Source: Lingula anatina (lineage: Eukaryota; Animalia; Brachiopoda). From it: a stretch of DNA of 64,000 nucleotides. The notes under the pieces are model-generated. The model saw nothing but the letters and a program-made list of their open reading frames with translations. It did not search any database and had not been told where the DNA came from. Location of the stretch: the NCBI GenBank assembly GCA_051362555.1, contig CM120643.1, positions 4,464,001 to 4,528,000 on the forward strand. The letters run 5' to 3'. Below, one piece after another: positions 34,831-49,149 of the stretch. The translations under genes were made by a program, and so were the position numbers. How positions within the stretch are numbered: position 1 is the stretch's first letter; each line of letters opens with the position of its first letter.

Positions 34831-37037
34831 ATTTCACTGTAATAAAGGATATTTTGGGGGAAAATTAATTAATATGTGTGTTCAATTGTTTTTTTCTCTT
34901 TTTCTCCCTCTAATCTTTTCCCTTTCACTTTATTTTTTATAAGAAAAACAAATAATTTTTATGAAAAATTGGAATAATATCAATAAGTAGATTTTCCAAT
35001 TAAAAATATACAAAGGTTAGGCAAAATTCTAATTTCAAGAGGGGAATATTGGTGCGATATATTTTTCAGAAACCTCTTAATTGGCCACTGCGTTACCGAT
35101 ATGCACGTTACCATATTGCGTGTAGATTGTTGTTGTTGTTATTTACGTTGTGAGTTGTCTGTCGGCGCAACACTCAATAACTCCCTTTCCTTTAACTTGT
35201 TTGATTCCGTTATAATCTTTATCTGCAGTTAGTGAAAGTGTAAGTCATTTACTTTACAACATCAATTGAAAAGGCTACAAGTCGCCTTAAAATTTTGCAT
35301 GTGACCCTCTATGAAGAGGAACTGTAGTGGCCAACAAGATTTTTAACTCTGAATTTTTTTACTTCTGAATATTTTGACTGTTATGCGCATTATTTTTTTC
35401 GCTCGGCTTTCTCCTTTATATTCGCTTAAAAAGAGAGAGAGTATTCTAATTAAATTCATCCTTGTCGAACACAAATAAACAGAAATGCTGTCAAAATTTT
35501 AATGCTTTGCTGATATCCATTTTCAATCACAGTTTTTTTACCTATATCAAATAATTATGACGAAATGTCGCGTGTGATTTTCGCCCAAAAGCCGTGACGT
35601 CTGCAGCGCATCTCTGAGGCGCGTTTACTAATTATTTTTCACTCGTGTGTTAGTGCAGAAAATTTCTTTCTCACCAGATGACAACTGAAAACTTTGAAAA
35701 TATTTTTGAATCAACATTAAGATCATCAAAGCCATCAAGATCATCATCATTACAAATCTCTGATATGAACATCACTTCCGGCCAGTCTTATATTACTTCA
35801 AGGAACCTAATTTGCATATAAGAGAAAAAATGCATTTTTTTCTGATTTTGGCTTGTCTCCAATTTCTTCATTATTTTCAAATAGCAATGTCATCTTTTGC
35901 TCACAAATCTGGACACGTTTATTCCAAATGCATTGTTTGTAAATTATGTAATTAGAAATAATTTTTGTATCACGTTTTCACTCCACAGCCATAAAACTCG
36001 TTGTTAGCTGCATGGGTATAAAAGTAGGTCAATTGCCTGTATAAGATTGCCATACGATTATTGATTTTTTAGTGTGGAGCGTTTTAGGGGGAGACACAAG
36101 TGGGAGATACCAGCAAAATATTTTGGTTGCATGCGGGTACTGAAAGTCAGAGTATATTGCAAACTTTGAAAGAAAAGAGTAAAACTAGCCCACATCTCCA
36201 GCTTCACCATGTAGAACTTTATAGATGCCACGGTCCCTCTCTATTTCATCTGACTCTCCCTAAAATTTTTTGGACCGCGTTAACTGTTCAACTCCCGGGA
36301 ACCGCGAAGCATCCAGCGAGGTAGCAGACGCTGAGCTCTGCAGACGGCACATTGCATTCACAAGAGGGGGTCAAGGTTTCCTAGGGAAATGCTGTGTTTT
36401 ATTACATCTGACGAATTACGTGATAAAGGAAAGATATTTTTACATATTTGAATTTATATTGACTAAGTGCAATGAGAGACACCGATTCACTGTATTTCTT
36501 CTCAAAATTGACAGGATAAAAAAAAGAGCAAAAGGAGATTACCTATCTCCCCTATGAATCCTTACATGGCATATCCTATCCGTGAACTTTTGATCTACTT
36601 TAGTTTTCACACACCTACACACGCTGAGTTTGTATGGTATCAATAGAAATGGGGCGTATTGGTGGGATGGGGGGGGGGGGGGGGATTCTAATGTGACTTT
36701 TCATGTTCAAGAAGATATGGTTGTTCTATTTTGATAATGCTACATGTATAACATATTTGGGTTAATGAACAATATTACATCTGTTGTTTTATACGTATTT
36801 TTATGTAAAATAAAACATTTTATTTTAAAAGATACTGAATTGAGAGCGTTGGCAACGGGGAAGAGCAGTTTTGTATCCAAACCCACAGTTGTAGATGATG
36901 CTGGTCTGCACATTCCGCGCTTTATTGTAATTTTGTTCTGATTCGTTTATTTTATGATGATTTACTTAGGACAAATAGTGAACCGATGTACAACTTCAAT
37001 GATTGAATTTGGCTCTCCCCCTCTTCGACGATGAGCC

Positions 37038-37096
37038 TGTGTGTGTGTGTGTGTGCGTGTGTGTGTGTGTGTGTGTGCGCGCGCGCGTGTGTGTGT
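37038..37096. repeat. (TG)n/(CG)n microsatellite; (GA)n tracts also at 38373-38416 and 39473-39498
   Basis: Direct inspection. Confidence 0.9.
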
Positions 37097-38370
37097 TTAG
37101 TGTATGTGTAGGGGAGGGTGTCATTTTCACGTAGTCCTGCCATACATTGACAAGGTACCGACATTATTTTAAAAATTAATTGTAGCTTAACTCGTAAGTC
37201 AAGGGTGTGTATATTCTATTTTCATTTCCATTTGCTTGAAGCTGTATTTGTTGTTCAGGTTTCATTTTCAATTTAAAATTATTTTGCCTTTGTTCTTTTC
37301 ATTAATTTTTCTTGTATTATTCTGAAAAGTAATTTTTTTATTTTTAGGTAATAATTACTTTGTTATAGATAGAGTCATCCAGATTTGTTCATGATTCTAT
37401 AAATTAGTGACAATACCGCCAACAAGAATGCCGTTCTCTAGCGCTTGGTTTCCTACGTAAGGATCTCCTATTTACGGTTTTGATGTGCACTGTTTGAGCT
37501 TCGGACTGCGACGGAAGTATGATGGTGATGAAGACGTACTTGCCGAGATTTAACTTAAATGCGAAATGATAATAGATAAAAGAATATCCAGCTTTAATTT
37601 CAGTTTATTTTCCGTGAAAGTTGTCTGATATCTTATTGATTCATGTGCCGATATATATTTACAATATCTAGTTAATGTCTGGGTGGTAGCAGCAGCAGTT
37701 CGCGATTCACTGAGAGAGACTTCTTGCTTGCCTTGCTTGTAGCTGTAATAAAAAGTACAAGTGAAGATAATTGATATAATAGAAATAATAATAATTAAAA
37801 ATAAAAACGATAGAAAAAAGCTGCCTTCCGTCCTTTTCGAAACTTAAAGCTCGCATCAAGAACCTCTACAGCACAAACAGTCACCATTTTAAAAGGACAC
37901 ATACGCGACACAAGACAAAGCCGATTGTCGAGTATAAGTTCATAAAAATATTAGACACTTGAAAAAGGACTTTATAGAGACAATGAGTATCTCAACGAAT
38001 ATTATTCTTGTTTTATTATTACGTAAACTTTATCACGCACACCTAACTTCGTGCTCCTTTTACATGCATCATACGTCACCGTGCATCCCTATAGTTTGCT
38101 TGTTTTTTCTTGCTTTGGTATCTGAAGAAGGTTCACAGGCCAAAAGCTCGGGCATTTTTTTTCATCTTTTCAGAGTTAATCTTTTCATATGCGTTTTCAA
38201 TATATATATATATATATATTTTTTTTTTTTTCGTAAAGATACGGAAGATGCGGTCGAATGAAAAATATGTAGTTTCATTTATCAGTCATAGCAGTTATTT
38301 ATCATAAAAGAGGTTTGTTATCTGATTGTGGTCCGAGGATCAACTGATTGTGAATTCGGCCAGAGACAAC

Positions 38371-38419
<49 letters not shown>

Positions 38420-39429
38420 ACAGATGGAGTTTTCACTAGATATTCACAGATATGAATAAAATGTAAGGATGTCTTTAATAATTTTTAAAAGAAAGATTCC
38501 TGTTTAGACTAGCTTTTTCAGTGAGATACGAATAAAGTTTTTAATTAATATGTGTGATTTGTGATTTGATGGTTTTATTTTTTGTGGCCATGAACTATGA
38601 TCACTCCTCCCCCCCCCCCCCCCCCTTCCCAGCATGATTAGCTGGACGATATGTTAATAGGGCACAGTCAAATGTTTTACACGAAACACGACAAATTTGC
38701 ATTCTCTTAAAAAGCCATTTGCAAAACCGTCGTTACCAGGCATTGAGAAAATATACTTGGAATTGAGGAAAAAAATTAAACCTTTTGAAAATAAATTAGT
38801 TAGCGCATCTAATATAAGCCTATACTAGCGCAGTCTCTAGCACTGTCTATAAAAGTAAAGTACAGGTACTAGTTGCTATGCAGGATATTTAAGCAAAAAT
38901 TGACTTAAGAATATTTTTAGTACGTTTACTATACTTTTAATGGTAGGACCTAATTGCTCTAAATGCGAAGGTCTTTAAATGCTCCATTTGCTCAAATTGA
39001 ACGTTGTGTTAGCAGTGCTGGGATCCAGCAAAAGTTGAAGCAAAAAGAAAATATATAATAATAACAATAAAAAAGAATTTATAATTACCTTTTTTTGTAA
39101 TAATTTATTCTCAATCAATAATCAACAATATCATATCTAAACAAAAAATCAAAAGATAATAACTTGGACGCGGCGCTTCAAGTGACCGGATGTACCGAGA
39201 TGTGACCCAGTATTCACTGCGGGTTTTCTTTGACCTACTTAGTCGGGCGGAGCGGGAAAATTTTACACGTTATGAAATAACGTTATACTAAGGCCAAGAT
39301 ATATTTATGGGTTACCATAAAAATTTGATCTGAAGCAGTAGGACATTCCACGATTCCAGCATCCTTTTAAATGCATGCAAACACATTCTTAATGACAAAA
39401 GGGTGAGTACTTTTTTGCAGTGATCTGGT

Positions 39430-39590
39430 ACCGGAAGTCTTGGGATTGAAAGCGACAGTTGGGCGGGGCTTTTGAGAGAGAGAGAGAGAGAGAGAGAGGA
39501 AGGAGCTGTAGATACAAGAGCTAGAGGATAGATAAAGGGAGTGTTATAAGTGTTATTCAGTTGATCTGGATTCCTGGAAATATCTGAGGT
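39430..39590 (+). promoter_or_regulatory. candidate Pol II promoter and short first exon
   Basis: ETS site CCGGAAGT (39431), GC box GGGCGGGGC (39461), GATAAA (39531) 28 nt before the A of Inr-like TCAGTT (39557-39562), donor-like GAG|GTAAAA at 39588. Confidence 0.35.
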
Positions 39591-40294
39591 AAAACGTAAA
39601 AAGTTCTAGCAGAGTTAGGAAGCAATAGGGTTTCTATATGTTGTCCTAAAAAGTTATATGTGGGGATTTTTGCAGTGTTCACTTCGTCCTATCAGGTATC
39701 TTTATAACTCTCTATTTAGCCATAGCCCTCCAACTGGAGTGAAGTAATGTTTTTGCATGTTAGGAATTCATACATACCCCAGTATGTAGCCAAGTATAAC
39801 ATCACATTATTACAATGTTACATCTGGAATGCACCATTTTTGTATTGAATATAGTGTTGTGACACATTTTGAGGCATGTTGGGCCCCTTAAGATGCAAAG
39901 TCACAACAAATGTCCCTCTAAATTTAGCTTAAATTGCCAATATGAAATGATGACAATTTTAAGTTTGTTTTTTTTTTTACATGAAGTCATGGCAAAACAT
40001 CAGATGCATATTAGCAATTTTTTGAAAGTACAAATTTCTGTGAATATGAGGAAGCTGCCAAGTTTGACTTTGCCCAGGACCACTGCCAGTTTAGACATGA
40101 TGGGAGTACGAACGAACAGTCCTTTTTGCCGGGAAAAGGTTCCCTCTGGGAAAATTTTCATTTAGGTACACAGTGGTTTCATGGTAAAAGGTCCACTTTT
40201 TGTAGGAGAAAAAACTTTTGAAATAGCTGGCTACAGGCCTGTTGAATGTTTATAATGAGTGTTTCTCTTTTTTGTTTTTTTGTTTTTTCAGCTC

Positions 40295-41265
40295 AGGCAC
40301 ACAGTTTGACAGAGTGGTCAAATCTGAAAATGCAGTGATTCTCAATGAGATAGCAGAGAAAACCCTCACTGACCCAACACTAATCAAACTTGGAGGGAGA
40401 ATCTCAACAGGAGATTGGAATTAGCAATCTATACAGAAAAGATGAGGACATTGAACCATACTGGGACATGAGAGAAGAATTTAGTATTATTGAAGCACAC
40501 AAACCATTAGTACCCATGTTTAACAAAGCACAAGCAAAATTACCACCGAGAATAAAGAAATGGGTGATGGACTTACAAGATGTTGACTATGAAGTGGTAT
40601 ATGAGCCAGGAAAGAATGATGCAGACCCAGATTATCTCTCCACACACTTACTGCCACAAATGGGTGGTCATAGTACAGAGAAGATGATCAGATGGATGGT
40701 CAAATCTGAAAATGCAGCGATTCTTGGTGAGATAGCAGAGAAAACACTCACTGACCGAACACTAATCAAACTTGGAGGGAGAATACACTCATCATATGTG
40801 ACTATGTTTTAGTTAAACAGAACAAAAGAAACGAACTCTCAACACTGTATGAACTGATTTTCTATATCGTCATGGAAATACATGGTTCTCAGATGGAGTT
40901 ACAGATGGAAGAACAATCTGCAGAGACGCAAGTCAATTCAAACTGTGTAACAATGTCGTAAACACAACAGATGATGTATTGAAAATTCCAGCAGACTCGT
41001 ATTTGAAAGAAAACACATATGAGATGAGAAGACGAGATGATGCATGTGAATTGCAACTTGGTGATATATTACAGTGAAAAGTGACATTGCAGCAACAGAC
41101 ACAGAATATTCCAAACTTAGATGGTATTGCATTAAATACAGAGAATTCAGTTGATGAGAAGATGCCACAGCAAGAGAAAAACAGTAATCATATTGAAGAA
41201 CCAATTTACACCATACCAAAGAGAACAATTAGACAACCAGGTTTCTTAAAAGATTATGTATTGAA
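40295..41265 (+). mobile_element. Ty3/Gypsy pol remnants (RNase H end and integrase C-terminus)
   Basis: HKPLVPMFNK..PPRIKKWVMDLQDVDYEVVYEPGK..DYLS; DGRTICRDASQFKL; terminal RQPGFLKDYV. Confidence 0.8.
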
Positions 41266-41286
41266 GAGACAGTTCAATCATTTGTA

Positions 41287-42025
41287 TGTAATCAGGATGA
41301 AGGTGGATCGCTGTCCTAAAAAATGTAATCTGAGATCATTTATATTTAATCAGGATGAAGGTGGATCACTGTCCTAAATAAAAAGGAATCTGAGATTATT
41401 TCTATGTAATCAGGATGAAGGCAGATCGCTGTCCTACAAAAAAGTAATCTGAGATTTTTTTAATGTAATCAGGATGAAGGCGGATCGCTGTCCTAAAAAA
41501 AAGTAATCTGAGATAATTGATATTTAATCAGGATGAAGGTGGATTGCTGTCCTGAAAAAAGGAATCTTAGAAAATTGATATTTAATAAGGATGAAGGTGG
41601 ATCGCTGTCCTGAAATAAAATAATCTGAGATAATTGATATTTAATCAGGATGAAGGCAGATCGCTGTCCTACAAAAAAGTAATCTGAGATAATTGATATT
41701 TAATCAGGATGAAGGTGGATTGCTGTCCTGAAAAAAGGAATCTTAGAAAATTGATATTTAATAAGGATGAAGGTGGATCGCTGTCCTGAAATAAAATAAT
41801 CTGAGATAATTTATATTTAATCAGGATGAAGGCGGATCGCTGTCCTGAAAAAAGTAATCTGAGATAATTTATATTAAATCAGGATGAAGGCAGATCGCTG
41901 TCCTGAAAAAAATAATCTGAGATAATTTATATTAAATCAGGATGAAGGCGGATCGCTGTCCTGAAAAAAGTAATCTGAGATAATTTATATTTAATCAGGA
42001 TGAAGGGGGATCGCTGTCCTGAAAA
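41287..42025. repeat. ~59-bp minisatellite, about 13 units
   Basis: Unit TAATCAGGATGAAGG(C/T)GGATCGCTGTCCTGAAAAAAGTAATCTGAGATAATT(G/T)ATATT. Confidence 0.95.
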
Positions 42026-42267
42026 ATTTGAGCATAAAGCACTCAAGATGTAACTTTATACAATATGAAAACTGAAAATTCATTAGGATTCAGAATATTC
42101 AAGGATAATGATTGACAAATACTGTTTTTTAAAGTTTATATGGCTGCTGATTGGTCGTGTCTTGACCGAGGCCACCACCTGGTGGATGACGTGGTAATGG
42201 GAACGAGTGTGAAAGAAGCACATGGCAAGTGAGACCCACGGCACCTGGTCATAACAGATGATATGTA

Positions 42268-44570
42268 TTCAACCCAAGGTGGAGCAGTGGTCATTACCCA
42301 CCATCACCCATCACCATGCCACAAAAACCTCCTTGCAGGTAGTGCACAAAATTATTGTTTGGTTTTGTTTTACTAGTTGTGTTACAATAGATAATTTGTA
42401 TTCTATCCTTCCATGTAGATCAACAAACCAGTTATCATATTTTGTGTTTCCTTTAAATTTAAATAATTTTTTCACTTTTCTTATGTTACTCCTTACAAAA
42501 TATACATTTACAAGGCACATTCAACTGATATACTTATCCCAGATTATTACAGCCATTGTTTATAGGCAATTTGTGTGCAAATTTCTCAAAAATCTCAGAA
42601 TATTTGGCAGAGTTCTGTATATTTAACTTTGATCGGTTTAAGATTGTGACAGTTGTACCAGTCACAATTGTGCAAAGCAGCCTCCAAAAGACTTTAAACT
42701 TGCCCCAGTTCAGTCCCCACAACTTTGATGTCTGTCACATTAGGTAGACATTTGGCAGTATATTGTAGGTTAAATATTATGCTGGCTCTTGTGGACTGTC
42801 AGGGTTCTGTGTTTTTATTAAGATAATTTGTGTCACTTCATTAATATAATCTTTTGTCTATTTTTTCCAGCCCCAGTCTCCATACAGCATGGTGTCTTCT
42901 AGGTGAACTGACTTTACCTGGCTGAACATGAGGGACATATATTGTTTATATAAAATACACAGGAAATTACAGCTGCAGGAATATCCCTTCATCTCACACA
43001 GTTGTGGAAGACACAGCAAGTTTCAGGATGAATGGGTTGTGAAGAGCCAGAGACAGGACAGCCATGGTAAACAGGTAAATGGACTGCTTACAGGTTGTAC
43101 ACAAAATGTACAGTTGGTTTTGTTTTTCAAGTAACAGTTGGTATAATTGGTCTTCTTTCTTTCCTCTGAAGTGACAAAAACTCCAATTATCACAATTTTT
43201 GGAATCCAGGGGTTTCCAATATGACTTGAAAAGCATGGGCTTTTGTAATTATCCACACTTCTTTATTTAAAAAATTAAAATTGTAATTTGCATTGTATCT
43301 TTATAGTCATTAATGGCATATCTCTCATTTGTAAACAATTTATTTGTTTAGTTTAAACCATTAGTCTTTTATACAAAATAGTTCAATTAAAATGTTGTTC
43401 ATATGGCATGTGCTTTAAACATAGTGTCTGAAATTCATGTTCTTTGGTCGGCTGAAGCACTCAATTTTATTAGTTCTTATCATCAGTGGTCAAGTGGTTG
43501 ATTGCCTTGTTTAATAAATGTTTATATTTTTCTAGTTTACACACGTTTGGCCTCCATAGTGGCCTGCTTGATGTGGTCAGTTTGAGATGAAATTCATTGA
43601 ATCCAAAGTGGAGCAGTGGTCATTACTTCCCTGGGATGACCCATTGTCATGACAGTAACTGGACTGCTTGCAGGTGGTTCACTAAACTAATGGTGGATAT
43701 TGTTTAACATGTCATGTGACAATATATAATTGGTCTCCTTATCTTCCTCTGTAGAGGAAGAAACCAGCTATCATATTTTATGTTTCCTTTATGTTGAATT
43801 AATTTTGTCATTTTTATTAGTTATTTCCTTAGTGACTTAAATTACTCCTCAGAAAATATCTTTCAATTAGTCACAGTCAATTGATATAATTATCCCAGAT
43901 TTTTGCAATTGTTAGGCATTTTGTGTGCAAAATCCAACAGATTTGGCAGAGATCTGTTTATTTAACTGTGTTCAGTCTTAGAATGTGCTGGTCTCAGCAG
44001 TCACAATTGTGTCCAGCAGCCTCTAAAAGACAAGGTCATTTTTAACTTATCACAGTTCAATCACCACAACAATGATGTCTACCATATAAGGTGGGCACTT
44101 GGCAGTGCACCATAGTTTTAATATTTTTCCCAACTGGCTCTGGTGGACTGTCAGGTTTTTGTTTTTTCTTTGTTTTTAGATAATTTGTGTTCCTTCACTT
44201 ATACATTGTCATGTCTCTTTTTCCAGCTCCAGTCTCCATACAGCATGGTGTCTTCTAGGTGAACTGACTTTACTTGTCTGAACATGGGGGGACATATTTT
44301 ATAAGAAGCAGACATAAAAAGACAGCAACAGAAACATCTTCATCTCATCCAGTTGTGCAAGGGATGTGGCAAGTTTTAGGATGAATGAACAGCCAGAGAC
44401 AGCCATTGGAAACAGGTGACTGGGCTTCTTGAAGGCAGATCACAAGATGAACAGTCAGATAGCAGACAAAATGTATGGCTGTTTTTTTTTTTAATACAAG
44501 TAAGGATTGATAGGTAATTTGTTTCCCCTCTTTCCTTTGTGTAGAGACACAAATACCCAATTGTTACATT
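42268..44570 (+). repeat. diverged ~1.33-kb tandem duplication with exon-like segments
   Basis: 42268-43200 aligns to 43598-44570; both share TTCCAG|C(C/T)CCAGTCTCCATACAGCATGGTGTCTTCTAG|GTGAAC and AAACAG|GT. Confidence 0.85.
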
Positions 44571-46470
44571 TGGGGGGTGTGTGAAATGGTTATTTCAATG
44601 AGGAAAGCATAGATTATTATGAATAAAATTAATGTTTCACTGCTTTAATTGTAATGTAAATTTAAGTTTTATAGTTATTAAGTATTTTTTTCATCACACC
44701 TGTCATTTGTGAAGAATTTGAACCAATTCATCTTGTATGCACAAAACACATAAAATGAATACTTATATCTTTATATGATCACCATTACATATGAGCAGTA
44801 TCAAGATATAAATACCATGTTTGGTGATACCAAAATGCTCTTGTATTTTACAAAAGCATCCTATATTTGAATTACTTATCATTGAATTGTGTCTGATAAT
44901 AGTTTGCACTGTGATGCACGAATAATTTTTAAGGGTATTACAGAGATGATTCACATGCATTGCAAACAGTAACATTTATCAGTGACAGTTATTTCATTTA
45001 TGATTTTAGCAAATACACTTCTGGAAATGTGTAAAGAGCTGCTGGCAGACCAAGAGGTCAATTTTATCCAGAGTGAGAGAGAGTGCTGCCAGAACCACCC
45101 AGAACAAGACTTCCAAACACAGCAGATCCTGTGGAGCCAGTTATATGGAACAGTACAATTACACAACAAATGTGGGTTCCAGGTAACACAAAGAATCAAT
45201 TTCCCCCATATACATGGAAACTATAGAGGCAGGGTATATAAAGCAAGGAGATTGTGTTGGACAATACTCTATCACTGAAGACGAATAGACACAATGGAAA
45301 TGTTTAAAAGTGAATTGATATAACATCTCAGTTATGATGTCTTATAATAATTTTCCCCATATGCATTGAAACTGTTATAGTACTAGTAGAGGTAGCATAT
45401 ATAGTAAGATTATGGTACACAATAAGCCATCATTGAAGAGAACAAGACGTCATTGAAAATGTTTTAATGTGAATACATATATTTCAGGTCAGATATGATG
45501 TGTTATAGATGATATATGTTATTGTGAGGTCATTAAGGTATAATTGCAAATTTTATCACATATTTATTATATACAGACACTCAGTCTGTCTATATTCTGA
45601 TCACTGTGGCTGTCCAGTGTCATTGCCATAGTCAGCACTTTGTGACACAGCTGTTGTTTACCTGATAAACTGTGTTTTTGTTTTTTTTTTTTTTTTTAAA
45701 TTCCTCTAGAAAAACAGCATGACTGGATTATTTTATGTTATTGTTTTGTTATCGTTAGCAGTTTGGATTTGATGCTACAGTATTTCCTGAGTATATCAAA
45801 TTAAAGCAGCAATGTAGATGTGTTTGTGTATCAGGAGTGGTGTTAGTGTATCTGCCTGTTTCAATGTGGAGTTTATGCCCACTGGTGCGAAAACAACTAA
45901 GGCTTTTTCTTTTTTCATCATCTTGAACAACGTCCAGATATTTTTCCTTTTTAAATGTATTTTTGAATTGGCAATAGGTGCTGGATTTAGATTTGTCCTC
46001 AAGTTAACTGTGGAAGTTTTGTATGAGGCCACTGATGATGTGTTTTTTGAATGTGCTAAGTAATTTTATGTGAGGATTCGACAATATTACACCTCCAAAT
46101 CCATTTCCAATAGAAGTTTCATGATACCTTCACTCCATGAGAAGTTATCATCTTTCAGATTTGACAAGCTTTTTGTTGAGAGTAATTTGTAATATTGTAA
46201 TTCATCTATAGGTATGCTTGTTTAAGTAGGTTGTTATCATCCAAGTGTTATATTTAAGCCAAAATTTTATTTATTTTATTTTAATCTTTTTAGTGAGCAG
46301 GAATTTCCAGTCTCTCTTCTTACTGCATGGTCTAATGATAAAAGTAGTTTTCAAAAACCGAGGTTTAGTTTTACCAATGGAGACCTGTCTGTTAGAGTGG
46401 TATAACCCCATATCTCTGATCTGTATGTTTATGACTCCATAATGCCCCAGCTTTGGACAGATGTTATTAA

Positions 46471-48556
46471 GGTACGGATGTACCCAAATATAGCTAAAAA
46501 TCGTCATTTTTGGTTTTTTATGGCTAATTATTGGTTAAATGTGTATCTAACGTTTAACAGAACAAAAATTTTTACATTTTGAACAAAAAATATGTTTTTT
46601 CTGAGGATTCTGATGCTGCACGCATCGGCACCGGTGGCCTGGTCTTTGCCCCGCCTTCGTTGTCAAGGGCCGTTGGCATGGGTAAACTCGGTGGGCGGAC
46701 CTTAGCAGCATCAGCACGTCTAGGGAAACAATAGAACAGGGATGCGCCATGCCCCCTTTGTCATAAACAGTGATCGGCAAAACAGTGCCTATTGTTCCGC
46801 TTAAGCTGTTTTGATAGTCACTCTTGATTGTGATCAGCGCTAAGATGAATCTTTTCCGACACATTGGATTTGCTCGAAATACACGTTCTCCCTTGAATAT
46901 TGCTTGTTGTTAACTTTTTGAGTTAAAAAAACGAAGAAAAGTCCGTTGCTTGCTACCCGTGACAACAATCGTCATACTTTCTAACCATTTTCGACAACAG
47001 CTCGATGCAGTTGTTAGATTTTAAAAATCGTAACTAGGCATACGCACGGATGCACTGTGCGTACAATTTTTGGCCAACCATGATATTTTTTCATATAAAT
47101 TTAGTGTATTTTTCACGGAATATAAAGAAATCCTCTGCTTATTAAAGTCACCTGTATGAACAAATCCTCTGTATCAATTGTATAGGCACAATTGTTCTGA
47201 CCCCCCTCCCCCTCTCCGTCTTGCTTACTTTTATTGAACTGAGGTAAACAATGCCTGAAACCTTAACAAGTTTTATCTTATTCGTCCATCTAACTGGAAC
47301 TTCCTTTACCTCTTAATTGGAGGGTTCAGTGGCCCACAACTCTCCTGAAGCCTCGCTGGCGATATTTAGCTCAGGTAAAAATTTACCTGAGTGTTATTTT
47401 CAAAGAGCAGCTCCCGCAACCCTGAGGGCACTAGATAAAATCTGGAAACCAGGTTTTATAAGGAGCTAGAGAAACAAAGGAAGGATTTTTCCTGCAAAGC
47501 GTCAAAGAATTTTGAAACGGAATTGATCCAGCTTTTTTCTTCAACAATTATCGCAGAATTTTTCCTGGCTCACCCAACTTTAGACATTTCCTCTAACAAA
47601 ACCTTTTTGGTTGCGTCTATTTCTTGTTGCTGATGGTCCGATCGGCTTCCTGTAACACGACCGTGTTTTCGAACCATTTTCCGCTTGGCGAATCTGGACA
47701 AGACCGCCTGCGATGCTGCTATTGTGTGCACATCCTGGAGCGCATCCCTATCACTTTCCCCAACGACAATTGACGTGGCCACTGATTGCTTGAGTCATTA
47801 GGGCTTACTTGATTGCCTGTCAATCATTCTGGCAGTGCTAGCGGTAACCCCTTGAAGTTACTAACAGGAGGTGAGATTGATACAAAAATAAGATTTTTTG
47901 ACATCCAAATGCATGCAAACGAGCTAATTTCAACCGGCAATAGAGTACCCATCTTCGCGATCGTCAGAACGATAACAGGTAAAGCTGTCAGCAATTTAAT
48001 TTGCTAATTTGGACAATTAACCTCCCTGAAAGGGTTTTTGCTCGTTTTCTTTGCTTTCAATATTGACGAGATAGCGTTATCTTAGCAAGCTATAACTGTC
48101 TACCTGTACACCTGAGAGAGACCAAATTCACCATGCTTATTATGAAAAGTATGCACTAAAAGTGCTTTTTAAGAAATTTTGATTGATCCTCTCTTTTCTA
48201 ATTTATAGACTTTGAAAGTGAAAATTCCCTAATATTTTGATGTAATTTCACGTTTTTATAGATAAAATCAACAATAAGTGTCTGAAGAAAAAATCCCTGA
48301 CTCCATGCTGTAGTACTTTGTTCAAGTGTTATAATGCTATCAAAAGCAAGTTTATAGCTGTCCAGGTGCCTGAGAAAATCAGGTGTATAAAAATGGTGTT
48401 TTTGTCCCAAAAATCCCAATTTTACGTCACACAATGAAGTTAGAGCTGTGTTCCAAGCATAATTAGATATTTTGAAGATACATGAAATGAATGTGACAGG
48501 AATAAAAAAGCCAAAACCTTTATTTTAAGAGAAAATCTCAAACCTACATTCCCACC
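46471..48556. mobile_element. Kolobok-like non-autonomous DNA transposon
   Basis: TTAA on both sides (46467-46470 and 48557-48560); short imperfect TIR GGTACGGATGTA vs GGTGGGAATGTA; contains a decayed minus-strand ORF at 47375-47780. Confidence 0.5.
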
Positions 48557-49149
48557 TTAAGTCTGTATTTTTCATTCTTTCTTGAGCACAAACATTTGGT
48601 TTTATGGTCTCATTGCCTGAGTAAAATTTGAAATCCTTCATTTTGCAAGTTATTGAATGAAACAACTAGGAGCCATGTTCATGTAAATAACTATTTATTG
48701 GCATTTAATTTTAATTGACTGCAAATTGATTTGGGCAACTTTTGCCTCCCATTTTTTCTTTCTGAATTCAAAAACTTTTCAGTTTTTAACCTTCAATCTC
48801 TACCAGTCTCTTCAAACATGAAAGTTTCTCATTTTCCACACCTATCACCATGTCCATTCTGGAGTCCTCTGAAAAATGTAAAATACATCATAAAACAGAA
48901 AAATATCAGCTGTTACACCTTTTGCTAAAAGAATGCATATCAGTTTATGTGTACATTAATTTGTGTGCTTGTCTGAACATTATTGAAGTAAAATTAAAAA
49001 AAAAAATTTGTCTTCTTTGGTGCCTTTCTTGGTTGTTCCTGTATTTTATCTGGGCCTTCTGAAAAACACAGGAATAAACACAAGACATTTATTTTGCCAA
49101 CAAAAAAAATAATGTTAAAAATTAGTAATAAAAACTTTCGGTGCAGGTT

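Noticed and set aside
41287-42025. CRISPR array or hammerhead ribozyme array
   Set aside because: The linkers are homologous to each other rather than unique spacers, there are no cas genes, and the context is eukaryotic. There is no CUGANGA core on either strand (only GGAUGA..GAAA and CUGAUUA).
45790-46445. Additional minus-strand Ginger-like N-terminal remnant (NFYWKWI..)
   Set aside because: Too degraded to support by eye.
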